From: a virus
Taxonomy: Duplodnaviria > Caudoviricetes
Reading direction: 5' to 3' (one strand)
Virus record (IMG/VR): IMGVR_UViG_3300022862_000008
Coordinates: 1-44,426 of that record
Length of the DNA stretch: 44,426 nucleotides
A model generated the notes under the pieces. It saw only the letters and a list, made by a program, of their open reading frames with translations. It searched no databases and was not told where the DNA came from. Made by a program: the position numbers and the translations under genes. Shown piece after piece: positions 7,265 to 15,701 of this stretch; position 1 is the first letter of the stretch, and every line of letters begins with the position of its first letter.

Positions 7265-7948
7265 CTACGCAGCCTCCTGCAGGACCAGCTGCAGAACGGA
7301 CTCGTGGTAGGTGTGGACCGATCCGAACCGAGGGTCGCGGACGTCGCCGATGGCCAGACCCATATCCCGAGAGAGTGATGCGCAGCGCCGCCCCAGGATG
7401 GACGCGACCTTCAGATCGACGGTCGCACCGACTAGGTTGGCGTAGCCCATCACCGTGAAGTGCTTGTTCTCGGGCTGGGTACGTGCGCCGATCACCGCCA
7501 CTTCCTCCTGCAGCCGGGCCACTTCCGTCGCCTGACGGGCCTGCTCTTGCTCCAGTGCGTCCTGGCGGACCAGCACCTCTACAAGCGCGGCGATACGCGG
7601 GTCCTTGATCGCAGGCAGGCTGGGTTCGCCGGCTCTCCGCTCACAGTCGATGAAGTACTGCCTTGCCTGCCGCCCTTTCTCGTTGCGTTCGACCATCGAC
7701 AGCTCTTTTGCCATGTCGATCGTCAGCTCATATTCCTTGGCCGGGCGCCCCCCTGAGAGGTTTTTCCCAGAATCGGTAAAAACCTCAAAATCCTCGCCAC
7801 GCTTGAACTTGTACTGCTTGATCCGGTCGTTGATCCACGTCCCGAACACCTTGCCGATCTCCAGGAACGCGTGAAGGTCGCGCCCGCTCACGGACTGAAC
7901 CACCTGCCCGCCGATGCGGGCTTCTTGAATCGGGATCAGTGCGTTCAT
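7265..7948 (-). CDS. ant: Antirepressor, AntA/AntB family
   Basis: VSGRDLHAFLE...F.TWI.DRI..Y.F....DF and GGRP.KEY.LT.DMAKELSMVERNEKGRQARQYFI motifs. Confidence 0.9.
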   Translation of the reverse strand: MNALIPIQEARIGGQVVQSVSGRDLHAFLEIGKVFGTWINDRIKQYKFKRGEDFEVFTDSGKNLSGGRPAKEYELTIDMAKELSMVERNEKGRQARQYFIDCERRAGEPSLPAIKDPRIAALVEVLVRQDALEQEQARQATEVARLQEEVAVIGARTQPENKHFTVMGYANLVGATVDLKVASILGRRCASLSRDMGLAIGDVRDPRFGSVHTYHESVLQLVLQEAA

Positions 7949-8109
7949 GCGGCTGCCCCCTTCTCTTCCTCTGCCCGCTGTTTGGCCAGGCGATGCTCGA
8001 TCTCACCGTTCAGGGAGCGATAGTTGGCGGCGGCCTGCTTCTTCAACCACCCGCGCAGTTCAGCGGAGAGGCGAAGCGGGAATGGCGAAAGCTGATGTCT
8101 CTCGGTCAT
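7945..8109 (-). CDS. arc: Arc-family ribbon-helix-helix repressor (54 aa; not in the ORF track)
   Basis: Hand translation MTERHQLSPFPLRLSAELRGWLKKQAAANYRSLNGEIEHRL...; ATGA-coupled to ant. Confidence 0.88.
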   Translation of the reverse strand: MTERHQLSPFPLRLSAELRGWLKKQAAANYRSLNGEIEHRLAKQRAEEEKGAAA

Positions 8110-8124
8110 ATCCTGATCCTTCTC

Positions 8125-8194
8125 GGCTTCACAATGAAGCCAGTGACTTCACTATGAAGCCGAATGATTCGACTGTCAACATCAAAATGAAGCC
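8125..8194. promoter_or_regulatory. arc/mnt divergent control region: three 17-bp operators and Pant
   Basis: GGCTTCA-caa-TGAAGCC (8125), GACTTCA-cta-TGAAGCC (8145), AACATCA-aaa-TGAAGCC (8178); minus-strand TTGACA(8179-8174)-N17-CATAGT(8156-8151). Confidence 0.8.
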
Positions 8195-8209
8195 GATAGA
8201 CTCTCGTCG

Positions 8210-8725
8210 ATGAAGAAGAGCACCCAAGACGATTTCATTCGGACAGCTTTGCGTGTCCCCCCCGCTCTGCACGCCAGAATCCATGAAGAAGCTCGTTCCT
8301 CGGGCCGAACTTTCAACGCTCAGCTGATCCACATGCTCTATGGCTATCTGGAACAGCAGGATGAGGCCGAGGCGATCGACCGTGAGGGCGCGAGGATGGA
8401 GCAGCAGGTTGGTGTTGGATACGGATTGACCGATCCCTTGGACCGCGCGGCGGTGCTCAAATCGCTGCTCTTCCAGGAGCGAAGCCTATTGCGCAGGCGA
8501 GTTGCAGACCTTGGTGGGCGCGATGCGGTCTTGAAACTGGACGAGGCTGAGATAAAAGCCCGTGTGACTGGTGAGAAGATCGTTGCTACCGACGCGGAAA
8601 GGCGCTCCCACATGTCACGGGCCCTGGAGACCTACCCGTTGACCACCCTGCTGACCGATGACGAGCTGGGCAAGCTGGCAGAGCGGGTGATCACCATGCA
8701 GAAGGCGATGGGCCAGGCCAAGTAA
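8210..8725 (+). CDS. Mnt-like Arc-family repressor with C-terminal extension
   Basis: RTALRVPPALHARIHEEARSSGRTFNAQLIHML RHH domain; divergent from arc-ant. Confidence 0.85.
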   Translation: MKKSTQDDFIRTALRVPPALHARIHEEARSSGRTFNAQLIHMLYGYLEQQDEAEAIDREGARMEQQVGVGYGLTDPLDRAAVLKSLLFQERSLLRRRVADLGGRDAVLKLDEAEIKARVTGEKIVATDAERRSHMSRALETYPLTTLLTDDELGKLAERVITMQKAMGQAK

Positions 8726-8774
8726 GGCGACCCGTCCTGGAGGGCGGTAAGATCGCGGGACACGAGGACAGACC

Positions 8775-8993
8775 ATGACCAACGACCGATTCCCTTGGGA
8801 TAAGCACCACGTCACGCCGCAGGCCGAGCGCTTGGTGGCACGTAGCCGTGCTGAGCGGAACCTGGAAAAGTCGTTCCCCAAAAAGTGGTGGCACGACATC
8901 GTGTTCGGTTGGGGCGGGATACTGTTGATCGCCGCCCTTATCGCATCCGCTGTTTTTACGGTCTACTCACTGTGGGGCGTCTTGAGCAAGTAG
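8775..8993 (+). CDS. Small membrane protein
   Basis: GAGGA RBS; C-terminal hydrophobic helix. Confidence 0.6.
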   Translation: MTNDRFPWDKHHVTPQAERLVARSRAERNLEKSFPKKWWHDIVFGWGGILLIAALIASAVFTVYSLWGVLSK

Positions 8994-11654
8994 CTCGGCA
9001 GCCTCGGTGATCTCCGAATCATCATTCGCAACCCCAACGCGTTTCAGCACGTTGATCTGAGCCGGTAGCGCGCCGACAGGAAGATCCGTCGTCTTTGCCA
9101 ACCATCGGACGAAGCGTGGGTTGGTCATCAGACGGGCGCCGATGTTGGAGCCAATGCCACCGAGGCCGAGCCCGAGCGCGGCACCTACCTGCCCCGTCAT
9201 CAGCGCGCCGCCCAGGCCGCCCCAGTAGGCAAATTGCGCGCCCTGCCGTGCAGTGCCTGACGGATTAGCGATGGCCTGCCCACCCTCCTTGATCCGCTCG
9301 GCCACCTTCGCGATCTTGTCCAGGTCGCTGCTGAAGCCGGGGCCGTAACGGTCGAACAGCGCCCGACGTGCCTCGGGACTGGCCTTGTTCCAGTTCGTCA
9401 GGAACGTGGCGGCGCTGAAGGCCTCGCCGGCGGCGTCCTGCGCGCCAGGATTGGCCAGGCCCATGCGGCGAAGCGCCGCCGCGGTGACGGCCTTCTGACC
9501 TTCTTCCGGAAGCGACTGCATTACCGAACGCAGGGTGGACCCCCCATCCTTCACGCCGCCCATGACGGCCTGGTAGATCTTCTCCGGTCCGCCGTTGCGG
9601 TCGATCACGCGGTCGATGTCGTCAATCCGGGTCGCGCGCGCGTTGAAGTAACGGTTGGCACGGTCGAGAGCCCGCTTGGCCTCCGGCGTGGTTGCGGCCG
9701 CCTCCATATCCTGGCTCAGCGCCGCATAGACGGCCTTCCACTTGCTGCGCGGCACGTCCGACACCAGCGACGTGTTCTCCAGCTCCCCGCCGACCAGCGT
9801 GCGCAGCTTGCGCAGCGCCTCGTAGGGGAGTTTCCCGTCGATCTGGCTGGTCAGGTAGTCGTTGACCTGCTTTTCGACGTAGTCGCTGCCGAAATTCTGC
9901 TGATCGATGGCCGAATCTGGCGTCAGGCGCTGCTCGATGGCCTGCGGCGACATCACCTGCCCGTCGAGTTCAGCCCGAGACATCATCTGTGCCTCGATAT
10001 CGGCCTGGGTCGGCAGTCGGGCGTCGATGCTCGCTCGCGTGGGAACCTGGCGGGCGATTTCCTCGTCGGTGATGACCGGCATCAGCGTTTTGCTGGTCTC
10101 GGGGAACATGGCGCGGCGCTGGTTTTCTGCAATGGCTGCCTGCTGCTGGGCCCGCAGCTCCAATTGCAGCTCGTCGGCCTCCTGATACAGCTGCGCGCGA
10201 CGCCCCTCGATCATGCTGGCCATGCGCTCACGGACGCGATCCTGCTCTGCCGTGAGAGCGGTGCGCTGCTCGCCGGCCTCGGCCACCAGATTCTGCCGCT
10301 GGACATTGGTCTCCTGCGCAAGCTCTGCACGCCGCAGCTGTGCCTGCTGGGTCAGGTCCGCCCGCATCTGGTCGACCTGCTCGCGCATGCCCGGGCGCGA
10401 CAGCACGCCCTCAATACCACCAGCGTCCTTCGACAAAGCGCTCTCGATGCCTTCGAGGCGAGCGTTCTGGAAGAAGCGCGACACGCTGGGTGCGCCCGGA
10501 ATCTCTTCGTTCAGCCCTGCCAACGCTGCGCGGACGTTGTCGATACCCACGCGCTCGTCCTGCGGCAGCAGATCATCGAGCCGGTTGTAAAGCTGGTTGG
10601 CGCGCTCGCGGCTGGTGCGGATGAAACCATCCTCGCCGCGAATACCCTGCTCGATCGCGCGACCGGCGCGCTCGGCGCTCGGGTTGCGGAACAGACCGTC
10701 TGCCTGCTGCTGGAGGCCGGTGCCGATTGCATCGGCCTGACGATCGGCGAATCGCGCCATGACGCCAGCGCTGGTCGGGCCGGCCCCGAGGAGGGTTTCA
10801 GCACCTTGCCGCGACCACGCGCCAGTGCCCTGCCCCACGGAAGGCGTAGCGCCAAGGACCGAGAAGTCCTCGATCGCTTCGACCAAGTTCTGCCGGTTCG
10901 CCTCGCCGCCGCGCACGGTTCCGCGGAGAGCTGCAGGCGCACCACTCGATACCAGCGACGGACCAAGCCCGCCCGCGATCCCGGCTGCGATCTGCGCCGC
11001 CGTGCCGCCACCGTTCTCTCGCACCGCACCGCTTGCGCCAGCACCCGCGGCCGCGCTTACCGCTTGAAGGACTGGTTGTGCACTGAGGAAGTCGCCTGCA
11101 CGGCCGGCCAGAGACGGAGCGTTTGCCGCGACGGTGTCCAACTGCGTCGCGGCTGTGCGCGCGGGGTTCACCAACGCGCCTTGGGTTGCCGCCAACGATG
11201 CGCCGGTACGACCAGCGTTGAGACCTGCACCAGCGCCCAAAGTCAGCGCGGTCCCGGTCAAGGCCTCGCCGATGTCACCGTACACCCGATCACCGGCCGT
11301 CTGCGCCTTGGGCAGGCCCAGTGCATCAGCCAGGCGCGCGGCGTTGTCCCTGAAAGACGCGACGGGACGCCCAGTGATCCGCGTCTCCAGCGCACCCAAA
11401 GCATCACCGCCCAACGCACCCAACAGGCTGCCGCCGCCTTGGAGCACAGACCGCAGCCCGAACATGGCGTCGCGCCCCATGCCGTAGTCCCATCCGTCAG
11501 GTGCCACCGCCTGCACAGCCGGGAGATCGGTGATGGGCGCGGTAGTCGGGGATTCTTCCATCACAAAGCCGGGAGGCGGCGGTGGTGCACCTGCGCCGAC
11601 CGGAGTGACGGGTTCCAACTCGAAGCCTGGGGGAAGCGGAGGAATCGTGGCCAT
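8967..11654 (-). CDS. Large internal virion/DNA-ejection protein
   Basis: Ala/Gly-rich helical protein of about 895 aa starting MATIPPLPPGFELE; position equivalent to P22 gene 16. Confidence 0.75.
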   Translation of the reverse strand: MATIPPLPPGFELEPVTPVGAGAPPPPPGFVMEESPTTAPITDLPAVQAVAPDGWDYGMGRDAMFGLRSVLQGGGSLLGALGGDALGALETRITGRPVASFRDNAARLADALGLPKAQTAGDRVYGDIGEALTGTALTLGAGAGLNAGRTGASLAATQGALVNPARTAATQLDTVAANAPSLAGRAGDFLSAQPVLQAVSAAAGAGASGAVRENGGGTAAQIAAGIAGGLGPSLVSSGAPAALRGTVRGGEANRQNLVEAIEDFSVLGATPSVGQGTGAWSRQGAETLLGAGPTSAGVMARFADRQADAIGTGLQQQADGLFRNPSAERAGRAIEQGIRGEDGFIRTSRERANQLYNRLDDLLPQDERVGIDNVRAALAGLNEEIPGAPSVSRFFQNARLEGIESALSKDAGGIEGVLSRPGMREQVDQMRADLTQQAQLRRAELAQETNVQRQNLVAEAGEQRTALTAEQDRVRERMASMIEGRRAQLYQEADELQLELRAQQQAAIAENQRRAMFPETSKTLMPVITDEEIARQVPTRASIDARLPTQADIEAQMMSRAELDGQVMSPQAIEQRLTPDSAIDQQNFGSDYVEKQVNDYLTSQIDGKLPYEALRKLRTLVGGELENTSLVSDVPRSKWKAVYAALSQDMEAAATTPEAKRALDRANRYFNARATRIDDIDRVIDRNGGPEKIYQAVMGGVKDGGSTLRSVMQSLPEEGQKAVTAAALRRMGLANPGAQDAAGEAFSAATFLTNWNKASPEARRALFDRYGPGFSSDLDKIAKVAERIKEGGQAIANPSGTARQGAQFAYWGGLGGALMTGQVGAALGLGLGGIGSNIGARLMTNPRFVRWLAKTTDLPVGALPAQINVLKRVGVANDDSEITEAAELLAQDAPQ

Positions 11655-12907
11655 TATTCGGGCACCCACTGACCATTACGGAGGACCAGCACCTGGCCGG
11701 TTGTGGGATTGCGAGCGCGCTGCGGCTGCGGCTGCGGAGCAGTACCCCCAAACGCTTCAGCTGCAGTCGGCTGATAGCCGGTCGACTGCAGGAAATTGCG
11801 CGTCTTGTTGGCCTGCACCTCAACCGGATCAAGGTATGTGGGCATCTGCAACGTCGACGTCTCGCGATCCGCGTTGCTGATCGGGCCGCTCGGATTCTCG
11901 TAGGCGGCAAGGCCAGCGCCCGCGCCTTGAGAGTAGGACAGGACGTCGGAGTTCAGCACGTCGCCGAGAGTCTGGCCGCCCGGGAGATTGCGCGCGAATC
12001 GGGCAATACCGCCCTGGAAGCCGCGGCCTCCCTTTCTCTCCATCAAGGCGGCGATTTCATCTGCGCTCAGCTTGCGCAATTCGGTCTCCGGCGTGCCCGT
12101 CAGCGCAGCTGCATATGACAGCAGGTTTCGCTGCACGCTCTGCGCACCGGTCTTCTGCCGCGGATTGAGGTCACTGAGCATGCCGCCGTCCGCCGCCGGG
12201 CCTTGGCCTGCGCTCCCGGGTCCTGAAGCGCTGCCCGCGCTCCCGCTGGGATTCCAGCGGCCATCACGCTGCAACGCAAACTGCGCCTGAGCGAGCCCCA
12301 AGCGCCCGCGGGTGGCTTGGGCGGTTGCATTGGAGCTGTTCGCCGATGCATAGCTGGCGGCCGCCGAGGCGTTGCGTTGGCCGATGGTCGACTGGCCCAC
12401 TGGCGTCACGTTGAGGTCCTGTCCGGATTGGCCATATGGGTTGTAGGCGACGCCATCAGCGATCTTGGTCATCTCCAGCGGCCCTTTCGCGAGGCCGAGG
12501 CTGTAGGCGCCGGCGGCGGGCAGATTGCCCTGTAGGGCCTCCGCTACGATGCTGCCGCGGTTCCCGTACTCCTGCCCCGAAAGCCGGGCTGTCGCGTATT
12601 CGTTCGGGTTGAGCCCGGAGCCAGCGAAAGCGCCGGCGGCGCGCGCAGACGCAGGGTCCCAGCCGGCAGCGATCAGCTCGTCGGACAGTCCGGTCTGCTT
12701 TTCTCTCGCCCGCTCCGCCTCCATCGCCTTTTCGCGGCTGAAGCGCGCGGTCTGCACGAGCTGATCCAGCTGGGCGGCCCTCGCCATCCCTCGGTTGTAC
12801 GAGTCCTCGCGACCAGCGCCGCCCAACCCAGCCAGCGCTTGGCCTACCGATGCCCAGCCCTGCGGGGGCTGGCTGTTCGCCTGGAGAATGCTCATCAGGT
12901 CTGCCAT
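11654..12907 (-). CDS. Internal virion/ejection protein
   Basis: Ala/Gly/Gln-rich; C-terminal ARNPTTGQVLVLRNGQWV motif. Confidence 0.7.
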   Translation of the reverse strand: MADLMSILQANSQPPQGWASVGQALAGLGGAGREDSYNRGMARAAQLDQLVQTARFSREKAMEAERAREKQTGLSDELIAAGWDPASARAAGAFAGSGLNPNEYATARLSGQEYGNRGSIVAEALQGNLPAAGAYSLGLAKGPLEMTKIADGVAYNPYGQSGQDLNVTPVGQSTIGQRNASAAASYASANSSNATAQATRGRLGLAQAQFALQRDGRWNPSGSAGSASGPGSAGQGPAADGGMLSDLNPRQKTGAQSVQRNLLSYAAALTGTPETELRKLSADEIAALMERKGGRGFQGGIARFARNLPGGQTLGDVLNSDVLSYSQGAGAGLAAYENPSGPISNADRETSTLQMPTYLDPVEVQANKTRNFLQSTGYQPTAAEAFGGTAPQPQPQRARNPTTGQVLVLRNGQWVPE

Positions 12908-12908
12908 G

Positions 12909-13574
12909 TCAGTAGCCCCAGCGCTTCTGCGAGTTTGCGAAGATCTGTCCGTTGTTGGCCGACGTGATGCCGTTGGCCTGGCCGGACAGGGACGATGCAT
13001 TGGCACCGCCTCCGCCGCCGCCAGCAGCACCTGCATAGGCGCTGGCCACCTGCGAGAACGCATCCAGGCCGGCGTTGCGCCGGATCCCCTGCAGGCGCAG
13101 CTGGGAGAGGAAGTCATCGCTGGCAGACCTGCTCCCGATCAACCCCAGCGCGGTGCTGAGCTGCGCGTTTTGCTGCGCCTCGCCCTGCCGCTGGCGCACG
13201 GGCGCGTCGATACGGCTCATCAGGCTGGCCGTGTCGCCGGCATAGTCGCTGATGCCCAGCGCGGCGTCGTTGGCGGCTTGGCGGTAGGCAGACGATACCC
13301 CGCCGACCTGCTGCAGCCCGCTGGTGGCCGAGCCCTGCGCGGCGCGGACCTGGTTGATGTACTGGTCGAGCATCGAAGAGCGCGCAGCATCGCCGTTGTT
13401 TCCCGCGCGGTCGGCAATCGTGTCCATGACCTCTTTGTCGGCATCCTGCTGGCGCTCAGAGCGCTGCTGGATCTGCCGGCCGAGCTCATTGTCCTGCCGC
13501 TTCTTGGTCTGCTCGGTGTTGTGGTAATTCACACCGGCGCCGATGATGGCAATGGCAGTTGCGACCCAGGTCAT
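12909..13574 (-). CDS. Internal virion/ejection protein
   Basis: MTWVATAIAIIGAG N-terminus typical of podovirus pilot proteins; Gln/Ala-rich. Confidence 0.7.
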   Translation of the reverse strand: MTWVATAIAIIGAGVNYHNTEQTKKRQDNELGRQIQQRSERQQDADKEVMDTIADRAGNNGDAARSSMLDQYINQVRAAQGSATSGLQQVGGVSSAYRQAANDAALGISDYAGDTASLMSRIDAPVRQRQGEAQQNAQLSTALGLIGSRSASDDFLSQLRLQGIRRNAGLDAFSQVASAYAGAAGGGGGGANASSLSGQANGITSANNGQIFANSQKRWGY

Positions 13575-14014
13575 TTCGTTTCCCCTTCGATTTCCAGCGC
13601 CGCGTCGTCCGGCATGATCACGTAGGCCTCGATCTTGTCGAGGTCGGTTTCGTAAGTCAGGTGGCTGGTGATCAGCACGCTGTCGGCATGGGCGTAAATG
13701 GCCCGTTTCATCCCGGGCAGCGAGTCGATGACGTGCGTGCCCAGCAGCTCGACCATGCCGCGCTCGGTGCGCACGGTGACGTGGCCGGTCACGATCAGCG
13801 CATGCCGGTGCCGATGGCGCTTGCCGACCAGCAGCGTCCCGGCCGGAATCACCAGCTTCCGTAGGTATTGCCCAGGCAGGAACGTGTGCTCCACGACGAA
13901 CTCGTGCTGCGGCAGTTGGGCGATGGCGTCCTGCAGGCGGCAGATATCGGCCAGCGTCGGGCAGCTGACCGGTGCCATCATCGCGTCCAGAACTTCGGCG
14001 GGAGCGAGGTTCAT
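13571..14014 (-). CDS. Cupin-like protein
   Basis: EHTFLPGQYLRKLVIPAGTLLVGKRHRHRH beta-barrel-like motif. Confidence 0.6.
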   Translation of the reverse strand: MNLAPAEVLDAMMAPVSCPTLADICRLQDAIAQLPQHEFVVEHTFLPGQYLRKLVIPAGTLLVGKRHRHRHALIVTGHVTVRTERGMVELLGTHVIDSLPGMKRAIYAHADSVLITSHLTYETDLDKIEAYVIMPDDAALEIEGETK

Positions 14015-14634
14015 CGACCGCCACCAGCGGCAGCGCCTGCGCCGAATCCGGGCTGATACAGCAGGCCATACGCCCGGCTGCCGCGGCGCTCCTCGGCCAT
14101 CTTCTGGCTGTTGCTGAAGACGTTGGCCAGGCCGCCGAACACGTCGCCCAGTGCATCCGCCTTCATGCCACCACGGCTGCTCTGCAGGTTGGCCTGCATG
14201 GCCTGGGCGGCCTGTTGCGCGCCGCTGGTGAGGCCCATGCCGGTGCTGGCCTGCGAGATCAGGTTCATGCGCGAGTTGTCGTCAGCCGTGCGCAGGTCCG
14301 CCGCGGCCTGCTGCGCCAGCCGGTCAGCACTGAGGATGCCGGACTGGTAGTTCTCGCCCAAGGTCCGGTTTGCATCGACCGCGGCTGTGCCGCCGGTCAG
14401 TCCGTTGCGCGCCATCGCGAACTTCAGGCTGCGGTCGGCCACGCCCTTCTGCTTCTCCAGCTCGTTGGTATAGAACGACCGTGACGCCCCGAGGAAGTCG
14501 TTGATGTCGTTCTGCCGCGACGCCCCGCCGTAGATGGCGTTGATCTGGTTGACGGCCTGGTTGATGTTGTTCTGGCGCCAGGATTCCTCCTGCGCTGCCT
14601 TGGTCGCTGACCCGTTGCTTCCGCCGCCCATCAT
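14011..14634 (-). CDS. Putative internal virion protein
   Basis: MGGGS N-terminus, Ala/Gln/Asn-rich, ARNGLTGG motif; lies in the ejection cluster. Confidence 0.65.
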   Translation of the reverse strand: MMGGGSNGSATKAAQEESWRQNNINQAVNQINAIYGGASRQNDINDFLGASRSFYTNELEKQKGVADRSLKFAMARNGLTGGTAAVDANRTLGENYQSGILSADRLAQQAAADLRTADDNSRMNLISQASTGMGLTSGAQQAAQAMQANLQSSRGGMKADALGDVFGGLANVFSNSQKMAEERRGSRAYGLLYQPGFGAGAAAGGGR

Positions 14635-15140
14635 TCACCCCGCATTCTTGAAAAGTGGGCGATGTCCTCGCCCCTGAGTCCGTAGCCGCGCGAGACGCCC
14701 TCGGGCCGCATGCCGAGCGAGCGTTCGAACCACTCGATGGCCTTCTCTCTGGTCGTGATGGCGCTGGTCTGCACGCGATGCGCCTGCGTCTCCAGCAGCC
14801 GGTCGATCAGCCAGCGGGTGGCCTTGGTCATCGCACGCCACTGCTCGGCCCATCCCTGCTCCGAGCCGACCATCCAGGACTGCCACACGCCCGGTGCTAC
14901 CGGGTGGAAGCCGCCGGCAGCGGCCGGCATGCCATCCATGCCGACCACAGTGAGCGCAAAGGGCGCCGACTGCGCCCAGGTGTTCACCAGCCAGTGCGCC
15001 GCGGTGTCCGGGTTGTATTCCGGCGTGCCCATCACAGCCAGCAGCTGCGCCTGCTCGGTCTCGCGCATGCATTCGGCCAGGGCAATCAGGTGCACCGGCC
15101 GGCACGGAATGACGTTGGAGGGCAATCGGGCGGTCTGCAT
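14631..15140 (-). CDS. GNAT-fold virion assembly protein (T7 gp13-like)
   Basis: AAAGGFHPVAPGVWQSWMVG...AIEWFERSLGMRPEG pattern; follows the tail nozzle genes. Confidence 0.6.
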   Translation of the reverse strand: MQTARLPSNVIPCRPVHLIALAECMRETEQAQLLAVMGTPEYNPDTAAHWLVNTWAQSAPFALTVVGMDGMPAAAGGFHPVAPGVWQSWMVGSEQGWAEQWRAMTKATRWLIDRLLETQAHRVQTSAITTREKAIEWFERSLGMRPEGVSRGYGLRGEDIAHFSRMRGE

Positions 15141-15179
15141 GGGCAGATTCTTCACCATTGGCCATGTCGTTCAACGGAC

Positions 15180-15671
15180 TCACGACATGCCCCTCAGGTC
15201 CTGCAGGTACAGGCTGAAGGCGTTCCACTGCCACTTTTCCGACCCGTCGTAGGTCAGCCGCACCGACATCGAGGGCGCAGAGAGCGGCATGGGGACGACC
15301 ATTCCCGGCACCGTGTCAGGCGGGATGGCGTATGGGTCAGTGAAGGCGCCGCCGTTGGCCTGGTCATAGCCGATGGCAACAGAAACCTCTCCGATACCCA
15401 CGACATCGAAGCCGTACAGGCTCTTGGTGACGCCAGGCTGGCCAAAATCGAGCCACGGCCACTGGATCATCCCCTGGTATGGGATAACACCTGTGGTGGG
15501 AACCTCGTCGCCCACAACATCCTCCGAGAGGACGTGGATGTTGTCGCCAGACCGCAGGTACAGGTCATCCCCGGCGATGGCCCAGTCGTCGATCTCAAAC
15601 GGGAAGACGTAACGGGACCAAGCCCCCACGGCACCGACGCTCGTCATCGAGTAGACGAAAAATTCAGACAT
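15180..15671 (-). CDS. Tail nozzle/tube protein, C-terminal-like part
   Basis: FVYSM...GAWSRY and WLDFGQPGVTK motifs resembling podovirus nozzle C-termini; AAGGAG RBS. Confidence 0.65.
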   Translation of the reverse strand: MSEFFVYSMTSVGAVGAWSRYVFPFEIDDWAIAGDDLYLRSGDNIHVLSEDVVGDEVPTTGVIPYQGMIQWPWLDFGQPGVTKSLYGFDVVGIGEVSVAIGYDQANGGAFTDPYAIPPDTVPGMVVPMPLSAPSMSVRLTYDGSEKWQWNAFSLYLQDLRGMS

Positions 15672-15701
15672 CTGCCGTCTCCTTCACTTTATGCGCCAGC
15701 A

